The notes under the pieces are model-generated. The model was not told the DNA's origin. It was given only the letters and a program-made list of their open reading frames with translations, and searched no databases. DNA of 63,514 bases, counting the filler, from Octopus bimaculoides (taxonomy: Eukaryota): NCBI RefSeq assembly GCF_001194135.2. It is 7 parts of 7 records of this genome, joined end to end, with 100 filler letters (N's around TTAATTAATTAA, not from the genome) between each part and the next. Parts side by side here need not be neighbours in the genome. Positions count along the whole stretch, not along the records: positions 20,125 to 39,906 come from NC_068989.1; positions 40,007 to 45,031 come from NW_026402499.1; positions 45,132 to 54,987 come from NC_068995.1; 4 more parts are not named here. One strand, given 5' to 3'. Positions 33,085 through 45,318 of the stretch are shown here, piece after piece; within the stretch, counting starts at the first letter, position 1; each line of letters starts with the position of its first letter. The position numbers and the translations under genes are program-made.

Positions 33085-34009
33085 TATAATTAGCCTGAGT
33101 AGCATTATCTGTTAAAAATGCTACTCAAATCTCAACTATACAAAGTGTATTAGCTCTAAATGTATAACGAACATAAGGAAAAGGGAATGACAAAACAAAC
33201 ATTATTGCAGATTATTGCTAATTTGAAAGAGGAGGTTGGTGCAATCAGCTTCTTCATCGACCTATTCCTGATATCTATCGAAATGTCGAAGAAGTAACAA
33301 GCGGTGACATATAAGCTGAAATATTATAAGGCAAAAAGTGAAGTGAATAGAAATACAACAGGTGGGATCATTGACAATATACACACAGAGAAATATATGC
33401 ACACAGAAACAACCACACATATAAGAAAGGAGAAAGAGAGATCAATATTTTGTTGTTGAGCCATGCTTGATCAACAATGTGAGACGTAGTTTTGAACAAT
33501 GTATAAAGAGTTCCAGAAATATGTGTATTTAAGAATTTAGAATATTCGAGAGTAGTAGGTGTGGTCGAATCGTTGATGAAAACATAATAAGTTATCGAGC
33601 TGAGACAAGTAACAGGTTTCGATTTCAAGTTTCAGGTCCCTTCGTTCTCCTGGCATTGCATTGTTATACGGCTTTCAACAGTAACCAGCTGTCAATCTCA
33701 TTTTTAAATCTAGACTTTTCTGGTCTGTGATAAGTTACTCAAACTTAATGATTCTCCTCTAAGCAGAAGTTGAGCGCGAGATAAATAAAATAAGTCAGTT
33801 ATGGTGTATTGATTTAGTGTTGAAATCATTTCTCTTCTGTTAATGATTTTGTTATAAAAGAGTTCAGTGTGTGAAAATCGGAGGCATGGAGTTGAATATC
33901 GATCATAATAATGGTGTCAGCGTGTTAAGTTGAAGGAGATCTGGAAGTGAAATTATGTGTGTGTGTGTGCGTGTGTGTGCGTGTGTATGGGCGTGTGTGA
34001 GTATAAAGT

Positions 34010-34330
34010 GAAGGTGCGTGGCTTAATGATTGCGGCACTCAGCTCACGATTGTAAGGTCGTGAGTTCAATTCCCGGCGACGCGTTGTGTCCTTGAGCAAG
34101 GCACTTTATTTCATGTTGCTCCAGTCCACTCACCTGGCAAAAATGAGTAGTACTTGTATTTCAAGGGGCCAGCCTTGTCACATTCTGTGTCACGCCGAAT
34201 CGCCTTGAGAAATACATTAAGGGTACACGTGTCTGAGGTGTGCTCAGCCTCTCGCACGTTACTTTCAGGAGCAAACTGTTCCGTTGATCGTATCAGCTGG
34301 GACCCTCGTCGTCGTTACCGACGGAGTGCT
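34010..34330 (+). mobile_element. Chimeric SINE: D-type tRNA head and central domain with OR-type 3' tail
   Basis: Head ...GTGAGTTCAATTCCCGG...GTTGTGTCCTTGAGCAAGGCACTTT. The 3' 170 bp align with 4870-5020 and 19330-19470. Confidence 0.85.
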
Positions 34331-35790
34331 CCCCCTTATATATAAGAGAGAGATAGAGAGAGAGAGAGATGGAGGGAGGAGAGAAAGACAATGAATCAAC
34401 TAAACAAATAAACCATTTGGCTTAGATATACGAAATATATATACATAAAGAGTAAATTATAATCCAAATAATAAGACAAAGAAATTCTTTAACACAGCTT
34501 TAATGATTCGTTACAATTGTTTCTGTACCAATTCTGCTTGCAAAGCCAGTTTATGCAAAAATTCGAGGTGAAAATTTACGTAATGTTTGCGGATTTAGAT
34601 GCTAGACTGACGCTAGACTGACGCTTTCACTTTGTGCATTTTCCAGACATTGCTCTTTTGGCTTATGTCAGGAGGAAACAAAAAAGGAAACAAAAGGTAA
34701 ATATAACGTGTTTTTCTTCATTTTAGAACACAAAAGGCGGATTCCCTTTCAATTTCTGCTTTCGAAATCCACTCACAAGGCTCTATTAGAAGACACTTGC
34801 CTAAGATGCCATGCAATGGGACAACCCGAAACCATGCGGTTGGGAAGCAAGTTTCTTACCACACAACTATTGGCTTGTAGCTATTTTGTTGGGTGTAATT
34901 GCTCGGCACAAAAAGTACAAATCGTGTTGTCACTATAAAACTGTAATGATGTGCTATCGTACATGGTTTTAGAAAATACAGTAACTGGTGTTGTCGTTTG
35001 ACCCTTGGTTAGCACTGAATAATTAAACATTTAAACGAGAAAATTTCCCCCATGATTATCCACTCATGGCCACCATCTGTTTTACCAAATATCCGGAACT
35101 ATAATATCCAGGGCGTCTTTTCTATTAAGACAATAAGACGTATTTGGGTGAAAGGAATTTTGATTGTTATTTCTTGCAGTCCGAGCGACGACAATAAGGT
35201 TCCTTCGGTCTAAAAATACCGAAAACATTGTGGCTGTTTTTAGCTATACTATAGAAACGCTAACTACTGTTAATGTGTTAACATAAACTTCAAAAAGTCT
35301 GTATCTGCTTTTCGTTTTCTCTGTACTTAGCAATTTCGTTCTGGATAGGTGTGAAAATAAACAATGCTTGTCTTCAAGACAATCCTTATTCTCAGTTTGT
35401 ATCTACAGGTAAGTTTACGCTGTTATTTATTTAGCTTTTGTAGTGACATGAGAAGTACACACTCATTTACTTGTGCAGATGTACAGATGTGCAACGAATC
35501 GCACGTGCCAGCCTAGAGGATATTATGTATATTCTAATGAAAGGGCCTTGTTTACGCGTCCGAAATCGGATATTTATTGTATTAGAAAATAAATTGTAGA
35601 CAAACCCATGAGTACACCTACCCACATACTTACACACCGACCTAACATCTACCTAGCTAGGAGTGTGTCTCCTTCCCATTTCTCCCTCCCTCCCTACCTA
35701 CCTGCATACATACATACATACATACATACATACATACATACATACATACATACATACATACATACATACATACATACATACATACATAAA

Positions 35791-36035
35791 GGCGGCGAGC
35801 TGGCAGAAACGTTAGCACGCCGGGCGAAATACTTAGCGGTATTTCGTCTGCCGCTACGTTCTGAGTTCAAATTCCGCCGAGGTCAACTTTGCCTTTCATC
35901 CTTTCGGGGTCGATTAAATAAGTACCAGTTAGGCACTGGGGTCGATATAATCGACTTAATCCGTTTGTCTGTCCTTGTTTGTCTGTCCTTGTTTGTCCCC
36001 TCTATATTTAGCCCCTTGTGGGCAGTAAATAAATA
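35791..36035 (+). mobile_element. SINE-A, complete copy inserted in (CATA)n
   Basis: GGCGGCGAGCTGGCAGAAACGTTAGC...GAGTTCAAATTCCGCC...GTGGGCAGTAAATAAATAA. (CATA)n lies on both sides (35704-35787 and 36037-36055). Confidence 0.92.
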
Positions 36036-37669
36036 ACATACATACATACACATAAATTCAGACATGTGCATAATAGCTCTTATTTTAGTTTCGATGATAA
36101 ACATTGCTTCATCACCTGAGTATTCGATTCTTCAAATGAAAGTGCAATCGGCTGCTAAGTATATCTCAGGTACGTGTACACTAAACGCCAAATCAGCGTG
36201 TATTTTGTGTCACGATTTGACATTAGAACTATACGTACACTTCACAGACAAGTTTCTGTACAGTTTCTGTTTAGCCAATTTCGTTCACAAGGTTTGGGTT
36301 GAACGGAGGCGAGAGACTATACAAAAAAATTACAATTCACGTCACGCAGTAGATTCGATCTCTGGAACTGGTGATTGCGACTTATCTCCATCCATCCATC
36401 CATCCATCCATATATACATACATACATAGATACATACGTAATTACCAGTGAATAAAAATGTCTGCTTTATCTTAAACTGTTTTTATTATTTAGTATCAGC
36501 ACCTACAAGTATATATCACTTACAATATATACATCTTATTCTCTAAGCACTTAATTTCTTTCGCACCTTATTACGTCGGCATTTTCAATCGCACAATTTC
36601 AAAAGCCGTAACGCCCATGATATTGGTGTCGGATCTTTGAATTCAAGAGGTTATCCATTAATCTTTTCAGAAATCTGCTCCTCCTCAAAGAGATTCGGTG
36701 CATTCGATGTTTATTTTACTTAATTTTCTGCGTAGGCATATCCACAAACTCCTTGCCCTTCTATATCATCTCGTATACAACCTCACACATACGCACGTGC
36801 GCAACATGAGCAATGATTACCGTTACAAGGGATCCTAAATTTGATTTCTAGCTGCTAGCAATAGCAGCCAAATATTTCTCAAACCACACAAAGCGGGAAA
36901 AGGCATATTTGATAACATACAACTAGATATACCAAATAAATAAACAAATAAGAAATAAAAAAAAATAACCAAAACAGGATTGGCAACGCCAGAATTATCT
37001 TGACTTAGAATTAAAAAACAAAAATAACAACTGATGACATTTGACCATAAAACCAAATATTTTAACGGACTTTCTTCAATTACTTCTTAACAATTTTGTT
37101 TATGATTGTAATTGATTTCGTTATATTCTCATTACGTCCGGGTAAATTACACATCTATGGAAAAGAAAATGTTTCCAATCCATTTTGTATCAGCTTAACC
37201 GTTTCCCCTTCTTATTGAGAACCTCAACAAAATGAAAGTCGTTGCGAGGGACCTCGAGAAAATGTTGAACCTCCGACCTGAGTTGGTTGTCTGGGGACTC
37301 CATCAATCCTACATCTCTTGTATTTAAAGTTTCTTAGATCTCACCGACATTTTCTGTCAATAAAATATTACCAACGCTTCCTTTTCTTCTACCTTCATAT
37401 CTAGTAAAAGGCGTAACCAGTACATTATCATGACATTCCATATAAGATAAACATTGTCCCTAAAAAGAGAACCGTCAGAAATTGAACTCTTCAGTTCAAT
37501 TACACCAACCTAGAAAGACAAATAAATTCTTTCCATAATGGAAAGACGTAGTATTTGAAAATATCAAGGAATGCTTCTTGCACTACATCCTACTTACGTA
37601 TAAAGTATGCAGCAGGAATGACTGTAGAATAAGTAGCTTGCTTGCCAAACACATAGTTCCGGGTTTAGG

Positions 37670-37962
37670 CGCAGAAGTGGCTGCGTTGCAAGTAGCTTGT
37701 TTACCAACCACATGGTTCCGGGTTCATTGTGTATGTATGTATGTATGTGTGTGTATGTATTTGTGTCTGTGTCTCTCCTCCCAACATCACTTGATAACTG
37801 ATGCTGGTGTGTTTACGTCCCCTTAACCTAGCGGTTCGGCAATAAAGCCCGATAGAATACGTACTCGGCTTACAAAGAATAAGTCGTAGTGTCGATTTAT
37901 TCGACTAAAAGCGGTGCTCCAGCATGGTCACAGTCAAATGACTGAAACAAGTAAAAGAGTAG
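37670..37962 (+). mobile_element. SINE-B with internal deletion
   Basis: Head GGCGCAGAAGTGGCTG..., tail GACTGAAACAAGTAAAAGAGTA. Confidence 0.85.
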
Positions 37963-38472
37963 TGAATATTTGAACCTCCCTCATAAACATCGCCTATTCA
38001 GCATTCTTAGGATAAGCTTTCTGTTTGTATCACTCCATGGTTTAAATGTACGCATTTTCAAATTTTACACAAAGGCCCAGTGTTACATATCGGTGTACTT
38101 TTAACATATGCGGAAGAGCAATGTTGACGAAAAGGAAAGAATAAAGGATTATTTATCAATGACCGTCTTGGAGCGTGCTATAATAAATGGCTTCAATGAT
38201 ACACTGTTTTAACATTATACTCTTTTCAAGGCTGGCTTCAATTAATGAGTCTCTTCTGTATTCATGTACTTATGTGAGTATGAAAATATGCGAGTATGAA
38301 AATATGCGTGTTTTTATGTATTCAAAGATACATATACGTATACATACATACATACATACATACATACATACATAGATACATACATACATACATACATACA
38401 AACATATATACATACAGACATATATACATACATATATACATATATATTTATATATATATATACACACAAACA

Positions 38473-39728
38473 TATTAGAAAGAATGCCCTGTCGCATTTC
38501 AAGATGGGGAAAAAGAAACAAATGCGTCATTCATCTTAATTGATGTAATTGATGAAGATAATATTTTCTGCCACTATTTATTGCAGAACCCCATCTACTT
38601 GGCTGTTTGTTGATACCCCGGGCGTAAAATTCTTTATGTTTCAAAATAAAGAAGACGCGTGATATCATTTTTAACTCCACCACAATCAATTAACTGTTTT
38701 TTTCATCTAATTAATGTTGCAATGATCTGAAAAGATGATATTCAGATGGATCCAGGCCAAGAAAGCAAGGATAATGAGACAAACTTTCCATATTTTGTGT
38801 CATAATATTTTTCTGAATGACTTAGGCGTGGATTCGCATTATCCTGTATGGGAAACTTGTTGAGCAATGATTGGCGCCTTCTCTGCAAAATTTGGTGCAA
38901 TGCTTGCAATTCGCGACAGTACCTCTTCGCATTAACTGTTTTGCTTTGTTTAAACCCTCATGAAAGATGACACCCTTCAAACCCCGCCAGCCACAGAACA
39001 TAACATTTTGTGGGTGTACTCTTGGTTGGGAATGGATTATAAACTTTCATCGGGTCCTAACCATTGTCGTTTTATAGATACGATTTATAGAGAACACACT
39101 TTCCATCACATGGCGATTTTATCCAGGGAAATTTCGGTAGTAAGCTTACACTTCAATAACGAACAGAAAGCAACTCTTCGATTAAACAGAGAAGCACTCA
39201 GATGATGAAGGATCATCGAGCAAGTTTAGAAACTTTTTCTAGTGCTTGAAGGTGTTTTTAGATCGTGGTTTCACTTGAAGTGAACTGCTTTATGCGTAGC
39301 TTGCTTTGAATTTTCGTCAACTACGGTTTCTGATGGACAATATTGACTGAAGTTTGTCGCTGATATCGAGAAGAATCTACCAGGTAAAATTTCTCGTGCG
39401 AAATGGGTAAAACGATCGTTGGGATGGCCAGGCATTTAAAACATTATTTTTATAGACAGAAAGAATATTTCTTGCTGCTTCCATCGCTGAAGAGACCCAT
39501 TTGAATTCATACGGCATGCAGTGGCTGATATGGATTTGATCTTAACTCATTTAAAAGGATAAAATCGATACGAATTTAATCCATAAAGTGTAAGGTAATC
39601 TGCAGAGAAAGAGAAAGAAAAAACATTGAAATGTAAATAGTTAATGCTTATTTCACAGTAAGTATCGGAAAAAGTACCGCAAAGTGATCAGGTAAAAGAT
39701 GAGACAGAGCTGCCTTTCCAACCTAATA
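38473..39728 (-). mobile_element. Near full-length (~1.26 kb) decayed mariner transposon
   Basis: 5' TIR TATTAGGTTGGAAAGG ends at 39728, with a degenerate partner TATTAG...AAAG..GCCCTGTCGCAT at 38473. Broken motifs in order: MEAARNIL, CDGKCVLYK (GDEKW-like), RQWLGPDES, QDNANP, DPSEYHLFRSLQH, KEFYARGINK..SRW. Confidence 0.88.
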
Positions 39729-39853
39729 CATTTATGTGTGTATCTAGGTATACATTTTTGTATGCATGTATTGTATGTGAGCCCGGGAATAAGTGTGCGT
39801 CAATTTGTGTATGTATGTATGTATGTATGTATGTATGTTCGTATGTATGCATG

Positions 39854-39891
<38 letters not shown>

Positions 39892-40454
39892 AAAAAAATC
39901 AAAAAANNNNNNNNNNNNNNNNNNNNNNNNNNNNNNNNNNNNNNNNNNNNTTAATTAATTAANNNNNNNNNNNNNNNNNNNNNNNNNNNNNNNNNNNNNN
40001 NNNNNNTATATATATATATATATATACATATATCATCATCATCATCATCATCGTTTAACGTCCGCTTTCCATGCTAGCATGGGTTGGACGATTTGACTGA
40101 GGACTGGTGAAACCGGATGGCAACACCAATATATATATATATATACACAAGGGATTTTGAAATATCTATAAAACCATCAGAAGCTTATTTATTTCTCTTT
40201 CTTTCTCTCTGGATATTAACTATAATTCAAAGGTCTCATTGAAGAAGTACAATAATTGTGGACAAGTTTTGAGAATATGTAATTGTTTCCATGTTCATTT
40301 CACAGACAGGAATGCATATATGTATGTATGTATGTATGTGACACTCCACTCTCTCTTTCGATCTATCTATTTATCTATCTATCATATTCATTTCTATACA
40401 GTGCAGTCTTGTTTTACTTCATTTATTTAAATAGTTTTCATTTTCTGTTTCTAG

Positions 40455-40515
40455 ATAAGAGCACCATTCAACACTCCAAACCATAATGAAAGCTCTGAAA
40501 CAAAAATGGACACAG
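40455..40515 (+). CDS. HAX1: HAX1-like protein, internal exon (phase 0 to phase 1)
   Basis: Acceptor TTTTCATTTTCTGTTTCTAG, donor CAG|GTAATT, 61 nt, IRAPFNTPNHNESSETKMDT(D). Splices in frame to 42322. Identity is inferred from recalled HAX1 motifs, not from a search. Confidence 0.6.
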
Positions 40516-40604
40516 GTAATTTCCTCTTCATCTATAAATGCTTCAGTGACATTTTAATGTTTCTATGCTAACATCAGTGGACTGGGTAACTTATCTTTCA
40601 CCTT

Positions 40605-40965
40605 TTATCTTTTACTTGTTTCAGTCATCGGACTGTGGCCATGTTGGGGCACTGCCTTGAAGGGTTTAGCCAAACACCAACACTGGTTTTCAAGCGGTTT
40701 GGGGAGGAGGATACAAACACAAACACAATGACGCACATTCATAGATTTATCCATACTTACACACACACACACTCACACATGTTTACATATTTATATATAC
40801 ACACACAGCAGGTTTCTTTCAGTTTCCTCTACCAGATGCCTTCTCAAGGCTTTAGTCAGTCCAATGCTATAGTAGGAAGCATTTTCCCAAGGTGCCATGC
40901 AGTGGGATTGAACCCAAGAACCTTGTGGTTGGAAAGCAAACTTATTAACACACAGCCACACCTGC
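40605..40965 (-). mobile_element. SINE-B, decayed
   Basis: Tail TTTTACTTGTTTCAGTCA through head GCCACACCTGCACC. Confidence 0.8.
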
Positions 40966-41197
40966 ACCTGTGGACATTTTAATCAAGAAGTTACTAGTTA
41001 CTGGCTCTGTTGGATGACTTATCTATTGAGAATGACTCTTGTCTAAGGAGTGACAAAGTCATTCACTTCCTTATGTTGCAGGCTGAAATAACCCTTTTAT
41101 TGTTCCTTGCCCTGTCAATATAACATAAATGACAGCAAGATTTGAGCCGATGCCCTTGTAGTTTTGTATTTCATTTGTTTTGTAATTTATACCTTAT

Positions 41198-41492
41198 GTC
41201 AGCGAGCAGTTTAGCAGTCAGCGAGCAGTTTAGCAGTCAGCGAGCAGTTTAGCAGTCAGCGAGCAGTTTAGCTTAATGGCAAGGCATTCAGCCGGAGTCT
41301 TTGAGGGATATGGGATCGAATCCCATTGCTGGTTGTTGACAATTTTTTTTGGCGTTAGGAAGGGCATCCAGCTGTAGAAACTCTGCCAAATCAGATTGGA
41401 GCCTGGTGTAGCCATCTGGTTTCACCAGTCCTCAGTCAAATCGTCCAACCCACGCTAGCATGGAAAGCGGACGTTAAACGATGATGATGATG
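41198..41492 (+). mobile_element. SINE with 4x19-bp reiterated 5' end, tRNA-like head and SINE-C tail
   Basis: GTCAGCGAGCAGTTTAGCA at 41198, 41217, 41236 and 41255, then TAGCTTAATGG...GGATCGAATCCC. Tail GGAAAGCGGACGTTAAACGATGATGATG. Confidence 0.8.
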
Positions 41493-41559
41493 TAGATACA
41501 GGCATGGCTGTGTGGTTTAGAGGTTCACTTTAAAACCTCAATATTAAGGGTTCATCTGA

Positions 41560-41775
41560 AAGCAGCGAGCTAGCAGAATCATTAGCATGCCGGGTGAAAT
41601 GCTTAGCAGTTTTGCATCCATCTTCACATCCTGGGTTCAAATTCTGGTGAGGTCAACTTTGCCTTTCATTCTTTTGGAGTTGATAAAATAAGTACTGTTT
41701 GAGTACTAGAGTCGGTGTAATTGACCTAACTCTTCCCCAGACATTGCTGGCTTTGTGCCAAAAAATTTGAAACCA
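41560..41775 (+). mobile_element. SINE-A variant, decayed
   Basis: GCAGCGAGCTAGCAGAATCATTAGC...GGGTTCAAATTCTGG...TTTGAAACC. Confidence 0.8.
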
Positions 41776-41980
41776 ATAATAAGGGTTCATCACCATTGCA
41801 TGGATGCTTTTCAATTTGTGTCTTGTACTATAGCCATGGAATGACCAATACCTTGTGAATGAAATTGGAAGATGGGAAATGAATTGGTGATAATGTTGAT
41901 GATGATGATGACAACGTTGACGATAATGACAATAATGACGATGATGATGATGACATCGATGATGATGACAACGATGATGT

Positions 41981-42016
<36 letters not shown>

Positions 42017-42321
42017 CGATGACGATGGTGATGTTGGTGACTGTGGTGTATATTGGGCTTTTTAGATTTGTAAGGAAAGGGAAATGAAATTTTGCTATGC
42101 TCGTACCTTCTGATCATCTTTTATTCCTCCACTTCCACAGCTGAAATTGAAAATCATCATTATGTATTTTTAATAAGATTTTTGAAGTGTCATATTCAAT
42201 TGATCTATATTGCAAAACAGAAAGAAGTCAGTTATTTGTTTTGTTTTGTTTTATTTTTTTTTTTTTGGTGCGGAGTGGCTTTCACATTTTCATTCCTTCT
42301 GTCTGTTTCATCTCTTTTCAG

Positions 42322-42452
42322 ATGTCGATGATAAAGCAGTCGTAAAAGAGCTAGAAGATTTAGATGCACCTCAATCTTCTAACAATACCAGTTCATTTTC
42401 TTTTAGCCGTTCCAACAAAGTAACAGTGCGTACTGTCCAGAAACCTGGAGGG
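42322..42452 (+). CDS. HAX1: HAX1-like protein, internal exon (phase 1 to phase 0)
   Basis: Acceptor TCTGTTTCATCTCTTTTCAG, donor GGG|GTAAGC, 131 nt, (D)VDDKAVVKELEDLDAPQSSNNTSSFSFSRSNKVTVRTVQKPGG. Resembles the HAX1 segment D.DLD...S.S.SV..ITKPDG. Confidence 0.68.
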
Positions 42453-42809
42453 GTAAGCATTACACATTTATTCCTCCTCCTCCTCCTCCTCATCATCATC
42501 ATCATCATTGTTTTAACATCCACTTTTCCATGCTTGAATGGGTCATATAGAACCATTGAGGAAGATTTTTGGAAAGACCCCCCCACCATCCATTTTCTCC
42601 CAAATTTGTTTATTTTTCAAATTTGTTTTGCCAAGAATCCCTGTTTTCGGATACGAAGGTTCCGGAAAATTGCCGAAAATCGGCATTGTGAATTCCCCCC
42701 CCCCCCNNNNNNNNNNNNNNNNNNNNNNNNNNNNNNNNNNNNNNNNNNNNNNNNNNNNNNNNNNNNNNNNNNNNNNNNNNNNNNNNNAATTCTTCAGCTT
42801 TGACTTTTT

Positions 42810-42880
42810 TCCCCAACACTAACCTTAACCCTAACCACAAAACCCTAACCCTCACACTAAAACCCTAACCCTAACCATAG
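42810..42880. repeat. Degenerate (CCCTAA)n telomere-like repeats within an inverted-repeat-bounded element
   Basis: CTAACCTTAACCCTAACCACAAAACCCTAACCCTCACACTAAAACCCTAACCCTAACC. Confidence 0.75.
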
Positions 42881-43576
42881 GTACAGAAATGTTTTGAATT
42901 TTTTGTCCGAATCATCATGTCTGTATTTTTCTGCATATTTAGAAAAAAATATTCTTAAAAAAAAATTTTGCAAAAATTTTTGGAAATTTTTTTCAAAATC
43001 ATTATCTCCATATTTTTCCGCATATTTTGAAGAAAAAAGTTTAAAATGAAGTGGTGGTGGTGGTAGGGGGGGGAGGTACTTTAAAAATGCCGATTTTTGC
43101 CAATTTTTTTACAGATTCGTATTCCCCTTAGCCGAAAAGGGGGGTTTGCGTCAAAAAAAGAAAAAAAAATTTTTTTAAAGGGTGGTTTTTGATGGTGAAC
43201 GGGCGGAAGTCTTGCCAGATTGTCTTTGGCAAGATACTCTTTCTGTTGCCAGTCTTTACCATTTTCCAAATAAGGTAATATTTACTCCATGGCTGGATAT
43301 GTTTTTCACAGAATATTGGAAACTAATAAGACCACATCTATAACAATGATAATCATTTGTAAGTATCACACTATGTCAATACAAGGGGTACTAACACACA
43401 CACACACACACACACATCTATATGAGTATAAGATAAGCTTCTTTCAATTTCCATGTACCAAATTCGCTCACAAAGCTTTGGTTGCTTAAAGGCTATAGTA
43501 GAAGACACATGCCCAAATTACCATGTTGTGAGACTGAACCAAAAGCCACATTGAAAGGATTGTTGTTGATGTTGCT

Positions 43577-43607
<31 letters not shown>

Positions 43608-43619
43608 ATGATGAAGATG

Positions 43620-44385
43620 TCGCACAGTATCCAATATTGTGATGCTGATTGGAGATATTGTGTTTACTAGGGGTTTGTACTTTGTGTCAAGTCACAAGGA
43701 ACTCAGATAGACAATACCTTATGCAATATTCATGAAGTTCCAAGTAAAGCCAATTTTTGCAATACATCTAGATTGTTGGGTATTTCTGAAGTTTTTGGAT
43801 GTTTCTTCAGGTTGGATGGTATTGAACCCAATGCTCCGATGACAACCTTTATGGTTGACTCTTGTAGCAGCCACATCTTGAAGATTTCAATTCTCAGGTT
43901 TCCATATTTATTAATTTTATCTCTTTCTTTCATGATAATATGTTGATCTAGCACTAGCACTGCCATGTCGTTTATTAGGGACTCTTGTTTGTCCCTCCTA
44001 AAGGTAACTATATTTTGCCTTTAGTGCTCTAACACCTTGTCTGTCTGGAAGTCAAAGTCCCAGACAATCTTTGCCTTCCCCTTTCTGTCCATTACCTTTT
44101 CCAGTGTATATTGATACCAAGTACCCATTACTTTGTATCCATACTTCCGGCATGATAGCCAGTGAAGGTTTTGGACTTTCACAAGCACTAACAATGTGAG
44201 TCATGCTTTCAACCCTCTTCCCACACATTCTGCAGTGGCTCGTTGTACAAATCCCTTTTCATTGAGTTGGTATTCAATGCCTGATCCTGGGCAACAATGA
44301 TTAGGCTTTCAGTCTTCTTTTTAAGGTCACCCTTGCTGAGTCACCTCCATGATGCTTCCTGGTCTTAATCGACCATACATCAATC
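43620..44385 (-). mobile_element. R4/Dong-like non-LTR retrotransposon 3' third (CCHC finger plus REL endonuclease), decayed
   Basis: Motifs in order: GDLKKKTESLIIVAQDQALNTN, CRMCGKRVESMTHIVSAC, KAKIVWDFDFQTDKVLEH, KERDKINKYGNLRIEI, VVIGALGSI, LQKLALLGTS. A (CAT)n tail is at about 43587-43617. Confidence 0.88.
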
Positions 44386-44389
44386 ATCA

Positions 44390-44780
44390 GGCAATATGCC
44401 GTGCTTGTGAAGACTTGTTGAACTGAGTGAAATCGAAATCATAGTTATAGCCAATGCAAGTACTGCCTGACTGGCACCCATGCAGGTTGTACATAAAATT
44501 GTGGCTAATGGCAATGCCGCCTGACTGACTGCCAGTGGCACGTAAAAGGCACCATTTGAGTATGGCCAATGCCAGTGCTACCTGACAGGTACCTATGCTG
44601 GTGGCACGTAAAAAGCACCCACTACACTGTCAGAGTGATTGGCATTAGGAAAGGCATCCAGCTGTAGAAATCTTGGCAAATCAGATTGGAGCCTGGTGCA
44701 GCCTCCCGACTTGCCAGTCCTCAGTCAAACTGTCCAACACATGCCAGCATGGAAAGTGGACGTTGAGCGTCGATGATGAT
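44390..44780 (+). mobile_element. SINE-C, decayed
   Basis: Ends GCCAGCATGGAAAGTGGACGTTGAGCGTCGATGATGAT. Confidence 0.85.
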
Positions 44781-45131
44781 GGCCATTGTCAGTTTGTATT
44801 GAATTACTTTGATCAATACTAGTTTGATTACATCAGTCAAACCAATTAATTCAGTAAGACAGCCATAAAAAGAGCTGTTAATATAAAACCCAATTGTTCA
44901 GATATGAGTGCCCCACCTTTTTTTTTTGTATCACATTTCTTTGTGTATCTTGTATCATGTGTGTGTAATACATACCATATGCTCTTCGCTTGAGCAACTC
45001 CCTAGTGTCAACCAACAACATATATACATATNNNNNNNNNNNNNNNNNNNNNNNNNNNNNNNNNNNNNNNNNNNNTTAATTAATTAANNNNNNNNNNNNN
45101 NNNNNNNNNNNNNNNNNNNNNNNNNNNNNNN

Positions 45132-45163
<32 letters not shown>

Positions 45164-45318
45164 GCACACACACATACATACATATATACTGATATTCACG
45201 TCGTTGAATTTTTGAATTTCTGAATTCAATTGTATTGTTGCAATAAAAGATGTGTTTACGTATTTGGTAATATATTAAAGTTTTTAAGTTTTCTTGAGAT
45301 ATACGTTTGTCTGTCCAG

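Noticed and set aside
33440-36300. FN3-like (about 33600) and EGF-like (about 36260) peptides on the minus strand
   Set aside because: Short, interrupted by stops or lacking splice sites, and not assemblable into a coherent receptor order.
36540-37400. Scattered tyrosine-kinase-like peptides on the minus strand (EVPRNDFHFVEVL, LAARN, SD....GVTAFEIV)
   Set aside because: They are in different frames with stops, and intervening subdomains are absent. LAARN derives from a dispersed repeat (…AATAGCAGCCAAAT…) also seen near 4475 and 61530. A profile search (Pfam PK_Tyr_Ser-Thr on six-frame translations) would be needed to revive the idea.
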